Virus record (IMG/VR): IMGVR_UViG_2939177367_000002
Reading direction: 5' to 3' (one strand)
DNA length: 37,633 bases
Source of the DNA: a virus
Lineage: Duplodnaviria > Heunggongvirae > Uroviricota > Caudoviricetes
Below are positions 18,296 to 26,922 of the stretch, in pieces. The translations under genes and the position numbers were made by a program. Position 1 is the stretch's first letter. The number at the start of each line of letters is the position of its first letter. The notes beneath the pieces are model-generated. The model had not been told where the DNA came from. It saw only the letters and a program-made list of their open reading frames with translations, and made no database searches.

Positions 18296-18760
18296 ATGAA
18301 GTTTGTTGCGCCAGAACAGGCACCGGAACAGGCGGAAATCATCAGGAATACGCCGTTCTGGCCTGATGTGGACCTGTCGGAGTTTCGCAGTGTGATGCGC
18401 ACTGACGGCACGGTGACGCAGCCGCGTTTAAAACAGGTTGCCCTGTCGGCAATTTCGGAGGTCAACGCAGAGCTGTATGAGTTTCGCAGACGCCAGCAGA
18501 TGCTGGGGTATGCCTCGCTGGCAGAAGTCCCGGCGGAACAACTGGACGGCAAAAGCGAGCGCATTCAGCACTATTTCAACGCGGTTTACTGCTGGGCACG
18601 CGCCATGCTCAACGAACGTTACCAGGACTATGACGCCACGGCATCCGGTGCGAAGCGAGGCGAGGAACTGGCGGAAGCAAGCGGTGATTTATGGCGTGAC
18701 GCCCGCTGGGCCATCAGCCGGGTGCAGGATGCGCCGCACTGCACAGTGGAGCTTATCTGA
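18296..18760 (+). CDS. L: Head completion/stabilisation protein (P2 gpL-like), 154 aa
   Basis: ATG at 18296 with AGGAG ribosome-binding site (the ORF-track start at 18233 lacks one); synteny. Confidence 0.8.
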   Translation: MKFVAPEQAPEQAEIIRNTPFWPDVDLSEFRSVMRTDGTVTQPRLKQVALSAISEVNAELYEFRRRQQMLGYASLAEVPAEQLDGKSERIQHYFNAVYCWARAMLNERYQDYDATASGAKRGEELAEASGDLWRDARWAISRVQDAPHCTVELI

Positions 18761-18963
18761 TGAAAGTGCGTGCGCATCAGTATGACACGGTGGACGCACT
18801 TTGCTGGCGTCATTACGGGCGCACGCAGGGTGTCACGGAGCAGGTACTGAAGGCAAATCCGGGGCTTGCCGAATACGGCCCCTTTTTACCTCACGGGCTG
18901 CAGGTGGAGCTGCCGGACATTCCGACAACCACCACCGTGCAGACCGTCCAGCTATGGGACTGA
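18760..18963 (+). CDS. X: Tail protein X (P2 gpX-like), 67 aa
   Basis: ATG overlapping the gpL stop; size identical to P2 X. Confidence 0.7.
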   Translation: MKVRAHQYDTVDALCWRHYGRTQGVTEQVLKANPGLAEYGPFLPHGLQVELPDIPTTTTVQTVQLWD

Positions 18964-18966
18964 ATT

Positions 18967-19182
18967 ATGACGCTTGAGCGAATCAGCGCCTTTATCACGT
19001 ATTGCATCGCCGTCGTGCTGGCCTGGCTGGGCGATTTGTCCATCAAGGATGCCTCAACGCTGGGCGGCCTGATGATCGGTGTGCTGATGCTGGCTATCAA
19101 CTGGTACTACAAACACAAAGCCTACCAGCTTCTGCGCGACGGGCAGATCTCGCGGGAGGACTATGAATCCATCAATCGTTAA
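18967..19182 (+). CDS. Holin, 71 aa, two hydrophobic helices
   Basis: ATG at 18967; hydrophobic segments ISAFITYCIAVVLAWLG and LGGLMIGVLMLAINWY; position directly upstream of the endolysin. Confidence 0.7.
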   Translation: MTLERISAFITYCIAVVLAWLGDLSIKDASTLGGLMIGVLMLAINWYYKHKAYQLLRDGQISREDYESINR

Positions 19183-19675
19183 ACGCTGCCTTGTCGGGGC
19201 CGTGCTGGCTATTGCTGCCACGCTGCCGGGTTTTCAGCAGCTTCACACCTCCGTGGAAGGGCTGAAACTGATTGCCGATTACGAAGGTTGTCGTCTGCAG
19301 CCGTATCAGTGCAGCGCGGGTGTCTGGACCGACGGCATTGGTAATACGTCGGGCGTCATTCCCGGCAAAACCATTACGGAGCGACAGGCAGCAGAAGGGC
19401 TGATCTCCAACGTGCTGCGTGTGGAGCGGGCGCTGGAAAGGTGTGTGAAGCAACAGCCGCCGCAGAAGGTGTATGACGCTGCGGTGTCGTTTGCCTTCAA
19501 CGTGGGTACGGGCAATGCCTGCAGTTCCACGCTGGTGAAATTGCTCAATCAGCGGCGCTGGGCGGATGCGTGCCGACAGTTGCCGCGCTGGGTGTATGTA
19601 AAAGGTGTGTTTAATCAGGGGCTGGATAACCGCCGTGCGCGGGAGATGGCCTGGTGCTTACAGGGAGCAAACTGA
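19163..19675 (+). CDS. K: Endolysin, lysozyme-like (P2 gpK position), 170 aa, with a hydrophobic N-terminal segment suggesting a signal-anchor-release type
   Basis: ATG at 19163 with GGGAGGA upstream. N-terminus CLVGAVLAIAATLPG is hydrophobic; E...D...T lysozyme-like region (EGLKLIADYEGCRLQPYQCSAGVWTDGIG). Confidence 0.85.
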   Translation: MNPSIVKRCLVGAVLAIAATLPGFQQLHTSVEGLKLIADYEGCRLQPYQCSAGVWTDGIGNTSGVIPGKTITERQAAEGLISNVLRVERALERCVKQQPPQKVYDAAVSFAFNVGTGNACSSTLVKLLNQRRWADACRQLPRWVYVKGVFNQGLDNRRAREMAWCLQGAN

Positions 19676-19676
19676 A

Positions 19677-20054
19677 ATGAAAAAGAAAGTAATCAGCGGG
19701 CTGTTTCTGATGTTATGGATAGCGCTGTTAATCGCCGCAATGGTGTATCCGCAGGGGATTTTTCCGGTACTGGCAGCATCTGGTGTCTGGGTAGCCTGTC
19801 TGCTGACATGGGCAGTAATTCCGGTATCACTGGCTGCGTTAATTAAGAACGGCCCGCTCTGGCAGGAGTTGAGGGCATCTTTGCTGAAGACAATTACCCG
19901 AAAAGAAAACGTATTTATCAGCTGGATGATGCGATTGCTGATTGTCGTCAGTCTCGCCTGGACGGGGTGGGCTCTTACCCTGGTCTTTTATCTACTGACC
20001 GTTATTGCCTTCTGGATCACCCGTAATCAGATGGCGCAACAGGTAGCAGCATGA
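19677..20054 (+). CDS. lysA: LysA-like membrane protein, 125 aa, four hydrophobic helices
   Basis: ATG at 19677; strongly hydrophobic throughout; P2 lysis-cassette synteny. Confidence 0.6.
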   Translation: MKKKVISGLFLMLWIALLIAAMVYPQGIFPVLAASGVWVACLLTWAVIPVSLAALIKNGPLWQELRASLLKTITRKENVFISWMMRLLIVVSLAWTGWALTLVFYLLTVIAFWITRNQMAQQVAA

Positions 20055-20479
20055 ACCGGTTGCTGCTGGTTGTGCTGGCGTTATTACTGGCGGCGCTGGG
20101 CTGGCAGACGTGGCGGCTGGCTGATGCCAGCCAGACCATCAGCACGCAGGCAGATGAGCTGCAGAGCAAAAGCCAGGCACTGGCAAAGAGCAACAGCCAG
20201 CTTATCAGCCTGTCCATTCTGACAGAAACCAACAACCGGGAGCAGGCGCGACTCTATGCCGACGCAGAACAGACCAGCGCACTACTGAGACAACGACAAC
20301 ACCGGATTGAGGAACTGAAACGTGAGAACGAGGATTTACGCCGCTGGGCTGATACTCCTTTGCCTGCTGACATTATCCGGCTGCGGGAACGCCCCACACT
20401 CACCGGAGGTGCAGCTTACCGTCAGTGGTTGTCCGCGAGTGACGCCGTGTCGGCTGGGGCAGGCAGCGCCGCGCACTAA
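20051..20479 (+). CDS. lysB: LysB, Rz-like inner-membrane spanin, 142 aa
   Basis: N-terminal transmembrane helix (LLLVVLALLLAALGW) followed by a coiled coil; start overlaps the LysA stop. Confidence 0.7.
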   Translation: MNRLLLVVLALLLAALGWQTWRLADASQTISTQADELQSKSQALAKSNSQLISLSILTETNNREQARLYADAEQTSALLRQRQHRIEELKRENEDLRRWADTPLPADIIRLRERPTLTGGAAYRQWLSASDAVSAGAGSAAH

Positions 20480-20612
20480 CGGTGACCTGAACGCGTTGCT
20501 GGATGAAACGGAGGCCGCCTGGGCGGTCTGTGCAGACAAAGTGGACATGATTATTGCGTGTCAGGAGCGAAACAGTGAACAAACCACAATCCCTGCGCCA
20601 CGCCCTCAATAA
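20322..20612 (+). CDS. lysC: LysC, Rz1-like outer-membrane lipoprotein spanin, encoded in the +1 frame within and beyond lysB
   Basis: GTG start at 20322; lipobox LLTLSGC after a short signal peptide; Pro-rich mature part. Confidence 0.5.
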   Translation: MRTRIYAAGLILLCLLTLSGCGNAPHSPEVQLTVSGCPRVTPCRLGQAAPRTNGDLNALLDETEAAWAVCADKVDMIIACQERNSEQTTIPAPRPQ

Positions 20613-21006
20613 AGCGGTGCCTTATGTCCGCAATAACCCGGACAAACTGCATCTGTTTGTGGATAACGGTTCGCTGGTTGCCACGGGGGCCAGCTCCATG
20701 TCATGGGAGTACCGCTACACCCTGAACGTGGTGATAGAGGATTTCAGCGGCGACCAGAATCTGCTGATGGCCCCGGTTTTACTGTGGCTTCGGGATAACC
20801 AGCCCGATGCCATCAATAACCCGGCGTTACGGGAAAAGCTATTCACCTTTGATGTGGATATTTTGCGCAACGATGTCTGTGATATCAGCCTTAACCTGCA
20901 ACTGACGGAACGTGTGCTGGTCAGCACTGACGGCAGTGTGTCGAGCGTTGAAGCTGTAGCAGAACCCGATGAACCTGAAGAAATGTGGACGGTGAAACGT
21001 GGCTGA
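20575..21006 (+). CDS. R: Tail completion protein (P2 gpR-like), about 143 aa
   Basis: GTG at 20575 with CAGGAG ribosome-binding site (the ORF-track start at 20554 is TTG). Translation VNKPQSLRHAL... aligns with my recollection of the P2 R N-terminus. Confidence 0.75.
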   Translation: MNKPQSLRHALNKAVPYVRNNPDKLHLFVDNGSLVATGASSMSWEYRYTLNVVIEDFSGDQNLLMAPVLLWLRDNQPDAINNPALREKLFTFDVDILRNDVCDISLNLQLTERVLVSTDGSVSSVEAVAEPDEPEEMWTVKRG

Positions 21007-21445
21007 ACTGCAGAAGGTGGACGACTGGCTGAGTGCCTTGCTGGCGAATCTGGAACCAGCCACGAGAAGCCGCATGATGCGCCAGCTGGCGCAGGAACTG
21101 CGCCGGACACAGCAGCAGAATATCAGGATGCAGCGCAATCCAGATGGCAGCAGTTATGAACCGCGCAGGGTAACAGCACGCAGCAAGAAGGGGCGCATCA
21201 AACGTCAGATGTTTGCAAAGCTGCGCACCACAAAATACCTGAAAACTGCCGCCAGCGCCGACTCTGCCAGCGTACAGTTTGAAGGCAAGGTGCAGCGTAT
21301 TGCCCGTGTTCACCATTACGGCCTGCGTGATCGCGTCAGTCGCAAAGGACCGGAGGTCCGTTACGCAGAGCGCCGCCTGCTGGGTGTAAATGATGATGTT
21401 GAGGCAATGACCCGCGACATGATTCTGCAATGGCTGGCGGGGTGA
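20999..21445 (+). CDS. S: Tail completion protein (P2 gpS-like), 148 aa
   Basis: GTG at 20999 overlapping the R stop; synteny. Confidence 0.75.
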   Translation: MAELQKVDDWLSALLANLEPATRSRMMRQLAQELRRTQQQNIRMQRNPDGSSYEPRRVTARSKKGRIKRQMFAKLRTTKYLKTAASADSASVQFEGKVQRIARVHHYGLRDRVSRKGPEVRYAERRLLGVNDDVEAMTRDMILQWLAG

Positions 21446-21449
21446 TCTT

Positions 21450-21467
21450 TGTATCAGCACTGATACA
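21450..21467. promoter_or_regulatory. Perfect TGT-N12-ACA dyad (TGTATCAGCACTGATACA) upstream of gpV; candidate Ogr-dependent late promoter element
   Basis: Read directly; a perfect 18-bp palindrome 47 bp upstream of the V start codon. Confidence 0.5.
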
Positions 21468-21513
21468 AGTTGCAGCACTGCCGCCTTTCTTCCCCTGATG
21501 GCAACCTTTCCCT

Positions 21514-22092
21514 ATGAACGCACAATTAACCGAAATCATGCGCCTTATCACCAACCTGATCCGCACAGGGGTAGTCACCGAAGTGGACAGGGAAAACTGG
21601 CTTTGCCGGGTGAAAACGGGCGAGCTTGAAACCAACTGGATCAGCTGGCTGACGCTGCGTGCCGGGAATGCCCGCACATGGTGGCGACCATCGGAAGGTG
21701 AGCAGGTGGTGCTGCTGAGTCTGGGCGGCAATCTGGAAACCGCCTTTGCGTTACCCGCCATCTATTCGAATCAGTTCGCGCCACCGTCGACGTCGGCGGA
21801 CGCCTGCGTGACAGAACATCCTGACGGTGGCTGGTTTGAATACGAACCCGCCACCGGGCGCTGGTATGTCAGGGGCATCAAATCAATGGTCATTGAGGCC
21901 GCTGACAACATCACCATGAAAACCAGTGAGTTTGTACTGGAGGCTGACCGCACGCGCATTAACAGCGAAGTGGTGATCAATGGTGGCGTTACCCAGGGCG
22001 GCGGAGCGATGAGTTCTAACGGGATCGTGGTTGATGCGCATCAGCATACTGGCGTCCTGAAAGGCGGCGATACAACCGGAGGCCCGGTATGA
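21514..22092 (+). CDS. V: Baseplate spike/assembly protein (P2 gpV-like), 192 aa
   Basis: ATG at 21514; synteny V-W-J-I-H. Confidence 0.85.
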   Translation: MNAQLTEIMRLITNLIRTGVVTEVDRENWLCRVKTGELETNWISWLTLRAGNARTWWRPSEGEQVVLLSLGGNLETAFALPAIYSNQFAPPSTSADACVTEHPDGGWFEYEPATGRWYVRGIKSMVIEAADNITMKTSEFVLEADRTRINSEVVINGGVTQGGGAMSSNGIVVDAHQHTGVLKGGDTTGGPV

Positions 22093-22448
22093 CGCTTTAT
22101 AGCGGGATGAACAATACCAGCGGCAAAGTCATTACTGATATTGATCATCTGCGCCAGTCGGTGCGGGACATTCTGCTGACACCGCAGGGTAGCCGTATTG
22201 CCCGCCGGGAATATGGTTCCCTGCTGTCGGCACTGATAGATCAGCCACAAAATCCGGCATTACGCCTGCAGGTCATGTCGGCAGTGTATGTGGCGCTGAG
22301 TCGCTGGGAGCCACGGTTGACGCTGGATTCCATCACCATCAACAGCAATTTTGACGGTTCAATGGTGGTGGAGCTGACCGGGCGGCGGAATAACGGTGTG
22401 CCTGTGTCCCTTTCCGTATCAACAGGAGCAGAGAATGGCAGTGATTGA
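22089..22448 (+). CDS. W: Baseplate wedge protein (P2 gpW-like), 119 aa
   Basis: ATG overlapping the V stop (ATGA); size matches P2 W. Confidence 0.85.
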   Translation: MTLYSGMNNTSGKVITDIDHLRQSVRDILLTPQGSRIARREYGSLLSALIDQPQNPALRLQVMSAVYVALSRWEPRLTLDSITINSNFDGSMVVELTGRRNNGVPVSLSVSTGAENGSD

Positions 22449-23343
22449 CCTTTCGCAGTTGCCTGCACCGCAGATTGTGGATGTGCCGGACTTTGAGACG
22501 CTGCTTGCTGAACGCAAGGCAGAATTTGTGGCGCTTCATCCGAAAGATGAGCAGGAAGCAGTGATCCGCACGCTGGAACTGGAATCTGAACCCGCCACTA
22601 AATTGTTGCAGGAGAACGCTTACCGTGAGTTGCTTCTGCGCCAGCGCATTAACGAAGCCGCGCAGGCGGTGATGGTGGCTTACGCGATGGGCGGCGATCT
22701 TGACCAGCTCGCTGCCAACTACAACGTGACACGCCTGACGGTGACACCTGCTGATGATGACGCTGTGCCGCCCGTTGCGGCAGTGATGGAAAGCGATGAA
22801 GCGTTGCGCCTGCGTGTGCCTGCAGCCTTTGAAGGGCTTTCGGTTGCGGGGCCAACAGCAGCTTATGAATTTCATGCCCGAAGCGCCGACGGTCGGGTGG
22901 CGGATGCCAGTGCAACCAGTCCGGCACCTGCAGAGGTGGTACTGACTGTCCTGAGTCGTGAAGGCGACGGAACAGCAGAAAAAGACTTGCTGGATGTGGT
23001 GGAAAAAGCTCTGAACAGTGAGAACGTCCGCCCGGTGGCTGACCGTCTTACGGTTCGCAGCGCAGAAATCATCCCGTATCGCGTGGAAGCCACCATTTTT
23101 CTCTATCCGGGACCGGAAGCAGAGCCGGTAATGGCAGCGGCAAAAGCCAGTCTGCAGAAGTACATTGCCAGCCAGACGAGGCTTGGTCGGGATATTCGCC
23201 GTAGCGCCATCTTTGCTGCTCTGCATGTTGAGGGTGTTCAACGTGTGGAACTGGCTTCTCCGCTGGCGGATGTGGTCCTGAACAAAACACAGGCGGCATC
23301 ATGTACGCAGTGGAGCGTAACCAACGGAGGAACGGATGAATAG
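22435..23343 (+). CDS. J: Baseplate protein (P2 gpJ-like), 302 aa
   Basis: ATG at 22435 with AGGAG ribosome-binding site (the ORF-track start at 22396 is upstream of it); size equals P2 J. Confidence 0.85.
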   Translation: MAVIDLSQLPAPQIVDVPDFETLLAERKAEFVALHPKDEQEAVIRTLELESEPATKLLQENAYRELLLRQRINEAAQAVMVAYAMGGDLDQLAANYNVTRLTVTPADDDAVPPVAAVMESDEALRLRVPAAFEGLSVAGPTAAYEFHARSADGRVADASATSPAPAEVVLTVLSREGDGTAEKDLLDVVEKALNSENVRPVADRLTVRSAEIIPYRVEATIFLYPGPEAEPVMAAAKASLQKYIASQTRLGRDIRRSAIFAALHVEGVQRVELASPLADVVLNKTQAASCTQWSVTNGGTDE

Positions 23344-23941
23344 TCTGCTGCCACCGGGTTCAACTTCACTGGAGCGCCGACTGGCGCAAACCTGTAGCGG
23401 GATTTCTGATTTGCAGGTGCCGCTGCGTGACTTGTGGAATCCGGCTACCTGTCCGGTCAGCTTCCTGCCTTATCTCGCCTGGGCGTTCTCTGTGGATCGC
23501 TGGGACGAGGGCTGGACAGAAAGCGTCAAACGCCAGGTAGTGAAGGATGCTTTTTATATTCATCAGCATAAAGGAACCACCAGTGCCGTGCGGCGGGTGG
23601 TGGAACCGTTCGGATTCCTGATCCGCATTATTGAGTGGTGGCAGACCGGAGAAACACCGGGCACGTTTCGCCTGGATATCGGCGTGCAGGACCAGGGCAT
23701 CACTGAAGATACCTATCTGGAACTTGAGCGACTGATAAGCGATGCCAAACCATGTAGCCGCCACATGATCGGCATGTCCATCAATCTGCAGACCAGCGGC
23801 CCGCATTGGGTGGGAGCCGCCAGCTATCTTGGCGAAGAAATCACGATCTATCCGTATATCAACGAAACGATTATTTCCGGTGGCACCGCGCATGAAGGCG
23901 GGGCGGTCCATGTTATTGACACAATGAGAGTGAATCCATGA
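23336..23941 (+). CDS. I: Baseplate/tail protein (P2 gpI-like), 201 aa
   Basis: ATG at 23336 overlapping the J end; synteny. Confidence 0.8.
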   Translation: MNSLLPPGSTSLERRLAQTCSGISDLQVPLRDLWNPATCPVSFLPYLAWAFSVDRWDEGWTESVKRQVVKDAFYIHQHKGTTSAVRRVVEPFGFLIRIIEWWQTGETPGTFRLDIGVQDQGITEDTYLELERLISDAKPCSRHMIGMSINLQTSGPHWVGAASYLGEEITIYPYINETIISGGTAHEGGAVHVIDTMRVNP

Positions 23942-25467
23942 GCACAAAATTTTATACCCTGCTGACGGATATTGGCGCGGCGAAACTTGCCAGCGCCGCC
24001 GCGCTCGGTGTGCCGCTAAAAATTACCCATATGGCGGTGGGCGATGGCGGTGGAGTATTGCCAACGCCGGACGCAAAGCAGACGGCACTGGTAAATGAGA
24101 AACGCCGGGCTGCGCTGAATATGCTTTATATCGACCCGCAGAACAGCAGCCAGATTATTGCCGAACAGGTGATCCCTGAAAACGAGGGCGGTTGGTGGAT
24201 ACGTGAAGTGGGCTTGTTTGATGAGTCCGGGGCATTGATTGCCGTGGGCAACTGCCCGGAAAGCTATAAGCCGCAACTGGCTGAAGGTAGCGGGCGCACT
24301 CAGACCGTGCGCATGGTGCTGATTACCAGCAGCACGGACAATATCACCCTGAAAATCGACCCTGCTGTAGTGCTGGCAACCCGCAAGTATGTGGATGACA
24401 AGGCACTGGAGCTGAAGGTGTACGCGGATGATCAGATGGCAAAACATCTTGCCGCACCGGACCCGCATTCACAGTACGCGCCAAAAGCCAGCCCGACATT
24501 TACCGGAACCCCCAAAGCGCCAACGCCAGCGGCGGGGAATAATACCACGCAGGTTGCGACCACTGCGTTTGTACAGGCGGCACTGACGGCCCTTATTAAT
24601 GGTGCGCCAGCCACGCTGGACACGCTGAAAGAAATAGCCGCAGCCATTAACAATGATCCGAATTTCAGTACCACCATTAACAATGCGCTGGCACTTAAAG
24701 CACCGTTGTCGAGTCCGGCACTCACCGGAACGCCAACAGCCCCCACGGCGGCGCAGTCGGTCAACAATACACAGATTGCCACTACGGCTTTTGTGAAATC
24801 GGCGATTGCAGGAATGGTGGGTTCTGCACCTGCTGCACTGGATACACTGAACGAACTGGCGGCGGCACTGGGGAATGATCCGAACTTTGCCACGACAATG
24901 CTTAATGCGCTGGCAGGTAAACAACCGCTGGACAATACGCTTACCAATTTGAGTGGAAAGGATGTAGCTGGTCTTCTCACATACCTTGGTTTGGGAGAAG
25001 GTTCGGCATTACCCGTTGGTGTGCCTGTTCCGTGGCCTTCCGCCACTCCGCCAACAGGCTGGCTGAAATGCAATGGTGCGCCTTTTTCTGCCGAAGAGTA
25101 TCCTGAACTGGCAAAGGCTTACCCGACAAATAAATTGCCTGATTTACGCGGTGAGTTTATTCGTGGCTGGGATGACGGGAGAGGCATTGACCCAGGAAGG
25201 ATTCTATTGGCTTCACAGGAGCATGCAATGCAAAACGTCACTGGTTCAATAGGGAAAATTCAGCTTTTTAGAGATTTAGTTATCAGTGGTCCATTTCGTC
25301 ATAACGGTAATAACTATCTGACTACTGGATTAACAGCGGTTACAGGCCAAAATAGTGGAGGGAGTGGTGTCACAACATTTGATTTCGATATGTCAAGGGT
25401 GGCAAATACCGCCAATGAAACTCGCCCGGTGAACGTTGCATTTAACTACATTGTGAGGGCTGCATAA
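23938..25467 (+). CDS. H: Tail fibre protein (P2 gpH-like), 509 aa, current orientation of the invertible C-terminus
   Basis: ATG at 23938; conserved N-terminal fibre domain, internal ~75-aa tandem repeat and a C-terminal receptor-binding-like domain. Confidence 0.85.
   Translation: MSTKFYTLLTDIGAAKLASAAALGVPLKITHMAVGDGGGVLPTPDAKQTALVNEKRRAALNMLYIDPQNSSQIIAEQVIPENEGGWWIREVGLFDESGALIAVGNCPESYKPQLAEGSGRTQTVRMVLITSSTDNITLKIDPAVVLATRKYVDDKALELKVYADDQMAKHLAAPDPHSQYAPKASPTFTGTPKAPTPAAGNNTTQVATTAFVQAALTALINGAPATLDTLKEIAAAINNDPNFSTTINNALALKAPLSSPALTGTPTAPTAAQSVNNTQIATTAFVKSAIAGMVGSAPAALDTLNELAAALGNDPNFATTMLNALAGKQPLDNTLTNLSGKDVAGLLTYLGLGEGSALPVGVPVPWPSATPPTGWLKCNGAPFSAEEYPELAKAYPTNKLPDLRGEFIRGWDDGRGIDPGRILLASQEHAMQNVTGSIGKIQLFRDLVISGPFRHNGNNYLTTGLTAVTGQNSGGSGVTTFDFDMSRVANTANETRPVNVAFNYIVRAA
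24489..24950 (+). repeat. Tandem in-frame repeat (two ~225-bp units) within the tail fibre gene
   Basis: Translation shows SPTFTGTPKAPT...NTTQVATTAFVQAA...DTLKEIAAAINNDPNF followed by SPALTGTPTAPT...NTQIATTAFVKSA...DTLNELAAALGNDPNF. Coordinates approximate. Confidence 0.6.
24974..24999. repeat. Invertase crossover site (gix/cix/pix-like) inside gene H: TTCTCACATACC-TT-GGTTTGGGAGAA
   Basis: 26-bp dyad whose right half is the exact inverted copy of TTCTCCCAAACC at 26842..26853; the 15 bp at 24986..25000 are perfectly inverted at 26841..26855. Confidence 0.7.
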
Positions 25468-26069
25468 TGGATAACGCTGTATTAAATAGCGAGTTTATTG
25501 CTACGAAGGCAGGGGATATTACTGTTTATAACTATGATGGTGAAACTCGGGAATATATTTCCTCTTCAAATGAATATCTTGCCATTGGTGTCGGTATCCC
25601 TGCGCATTCCTGTTTAGACGCCCCTGGTGCATATAAGGATGGTTATACAATTTGCCGCTCTGTGGATTTAAAATCATGGGAATATGTGCCAGACCATCGA
25701 GGAGAAACTGTTTACAGCACTGAAACAGGAGAATCGGAAGGAATCACAGCTCTGGGTGATTACCCTGAAAATACAACCACTATCTCCCCGTTAACGCCAT
25801 ATGATAAATGGGATGGTGAGAAATGGGTGACAGATACCGAGGCACAGCATAGCGCCGCAGTAGACGCGGCAGAAGCACAGCGTCAGTCACTGATTGATGC
25901 TGCAATGGTTTCCATTAGTCTGATTCAGTTGAAATTGCAGGCCGGGCGGAAGCTGACGCAGGCAGAAACCACCCGGCTTAACGCCGTGCTTGATTACATT
26001 GACGCGGTGACGGCAACAGATACGAGCACCGCGCCGGATGTCATCTGGCCTGAACTGCCGGAGGCGTAG
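25467..26069 (+). CDS. G: Tail fibre assembly chaperone (P2 gpG-like), 200 aa
   Basis: ATG overlapping the H stop; conserved C-terminal DAVTATDTSTAPDVIWPELP segment shared with the convergent tfa' product. Confidence 0.75.
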   Translation: MDNAVLNSEFIATKAGDITVYNYDGETREYISSSNEYLAIGVGIPAHSCLDAPGAYKDGYTICRSVDLKSWEYVPDHRGETVYSTETGESEGITALGDYPENTTTISPLTPYDKWDGEKWVTDTEAQHSAAVDAAEAQRQSLIDAAMVSISLIQLKLQAGRKLTQAETTRLNAVLDYIDAVTATDTSTAPDVIWPELPEA

Positions 26070-26481
26070 GCCATTCAATATCTGGCGCACCGGAAGTATC
26101 GACCAGTTCCAGTGCGTCCAGATAATCCAGCCACAAATTATATTGCGCCAGTTCGTCACCTTTCAGACGACCAATAGCCGCTTTACCAGGCCATTGTTTA
26201 CTGTTCATATAATCGTTGGCCTGATTAATCAATTGCTGCTTTTCCAGTTCGGCTGCAGCAATCTGTTCCTCATGTGTTGGTGGTGGAATTTCAGACCATG
26301 CAGGAAAACCATTTTCTCCAGCGATACGGATTTTTCCTTTCGGCGGTAATCCGGAAAACTCAATATACACCTGCTCATCAACTTCAACAGCATCATCTGG
26401 CCATGAGTCAGCTTGAGTGTAATCCTCTTTCATCTCCAGCGGATAGAAAGAGTTTGTAGTCGCGGAATATATATAATTCAT
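26041..26481 (-). CDS. Alternative tail fibre assembly chaperone (tfa'), 146 aa
   Basis: ATG at 26481 (reverse). C-terminus LELVDTSGAPDIEWPTPP parallels the gpG C-terminus; follows the H' cassette on the minus strand. Confidence 0.7.
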   Translation of the reverse strand: MNYIYSATTNSFYPLEMKEDYTQADSWPDDAVEVDEQVYIEFSGLPPKGKIRIAGENGFPAWSEIPPPTHEEQIAAAELEKQQLINQANDYMNSKQWPGKAAIGRLKGDELAQYNLWLDYLDALELVDTSGAPDIEWPTPPAVQAR

Positions 26482-26502
26482 TTCTCATTCCATATAGCTA
26501 AA

Positions 26503-26855
26503 TTAACAGCCTAACGCTAAAAATGAAGCGCCGAGACCTGGAATACCGGCTCTGGATATAAATTTAACCGGGTCGGAACTAAAACCTGCACAGGCAATAT
26601 AACCAACAGCCCCGCTATCTGGTGTGTAGTCTTGTGAGACCAAAACACGCAGACATCTGTTCGGAAATGCAATCGGGAAATGGGTTACCACATCCTGTGC
26701 AATGCCTGGAGTGCTGATTGAGCCCCACTGAAGAATAAAACCAGATGGTAATTTTTGATATCCAGTAACTGAAACAGAAAGCGTGAAGCTACCCATATCA
26801 GGTATCTGATTCGCCCCTGTCCCCACATTCCTTTTTGCCGCTTCTCCCAAACCAA
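26503..26855 (-). other. Promoterless alternative tail-fibre C-terminal cassette (H'), about 117 codons, joined in frame to H after inversion
   Basis: Minus-strand frame reads ...[19 protein letters not shown]... to a stop at 26503; the codon phase of GGT TTG GGA GAA is identical at both crossover sites, so the fusion is in frame. Confidence 0.65.
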
Positions 26856-26867
26856 CGTTTATGAAAA
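26842..26867. repeat. Invertase crossover site (distal): TTCTCCCAAACC-AA-CGTTTATGAAAA
   Basis: Inverted partner of the site at 24974..24999; located at the start of the H' cassette, about 55 bp from the invertase gene. Confidence 0.7.
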
Positions 26868-26922
26868 TGCAGAGATAACGGCTAACTGGCATCATCCCCG
26901 GTTTTTATTCAGGGGATTGATC

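Larger units (their letters stand above)
24986..26855. other. Invertible DNA segment (~1.87 kb) carrying the tail-fibre variable C-terminus plus assembly chaperone in two alternative orientations
   Basis: Bounded by the inverted crossover sites; contains H C-terminus plus tfa on the plus strand and a promoterless H' cassette plus tfa' on the minus strand; serine invertase gene immediately adjacent. Confidence 0.7.

Noticed and set aside
20554-20574. ORF-track TTG start at 20554 for gpR.
   Set aside because: The GTG at 20575 has a CAGGAG ribosome-binding site at proper spacing and the resulting N-terminus matches the P2 R pattern better; the TTG start has no such site.
26894-26916. Palindromic ATCCCC-N12-GGGGAT immediately upstream of the invertase start, considered as the crossover site.
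   Set aside because: It has no inverted partner within gene H; the true crossover sites are the TTCTCCCAAACC-containing dyads at 24974..24999 and 26842..26867, which preserve reading frame. This element may be a terminator or part of the invertase ribosome-binding region.
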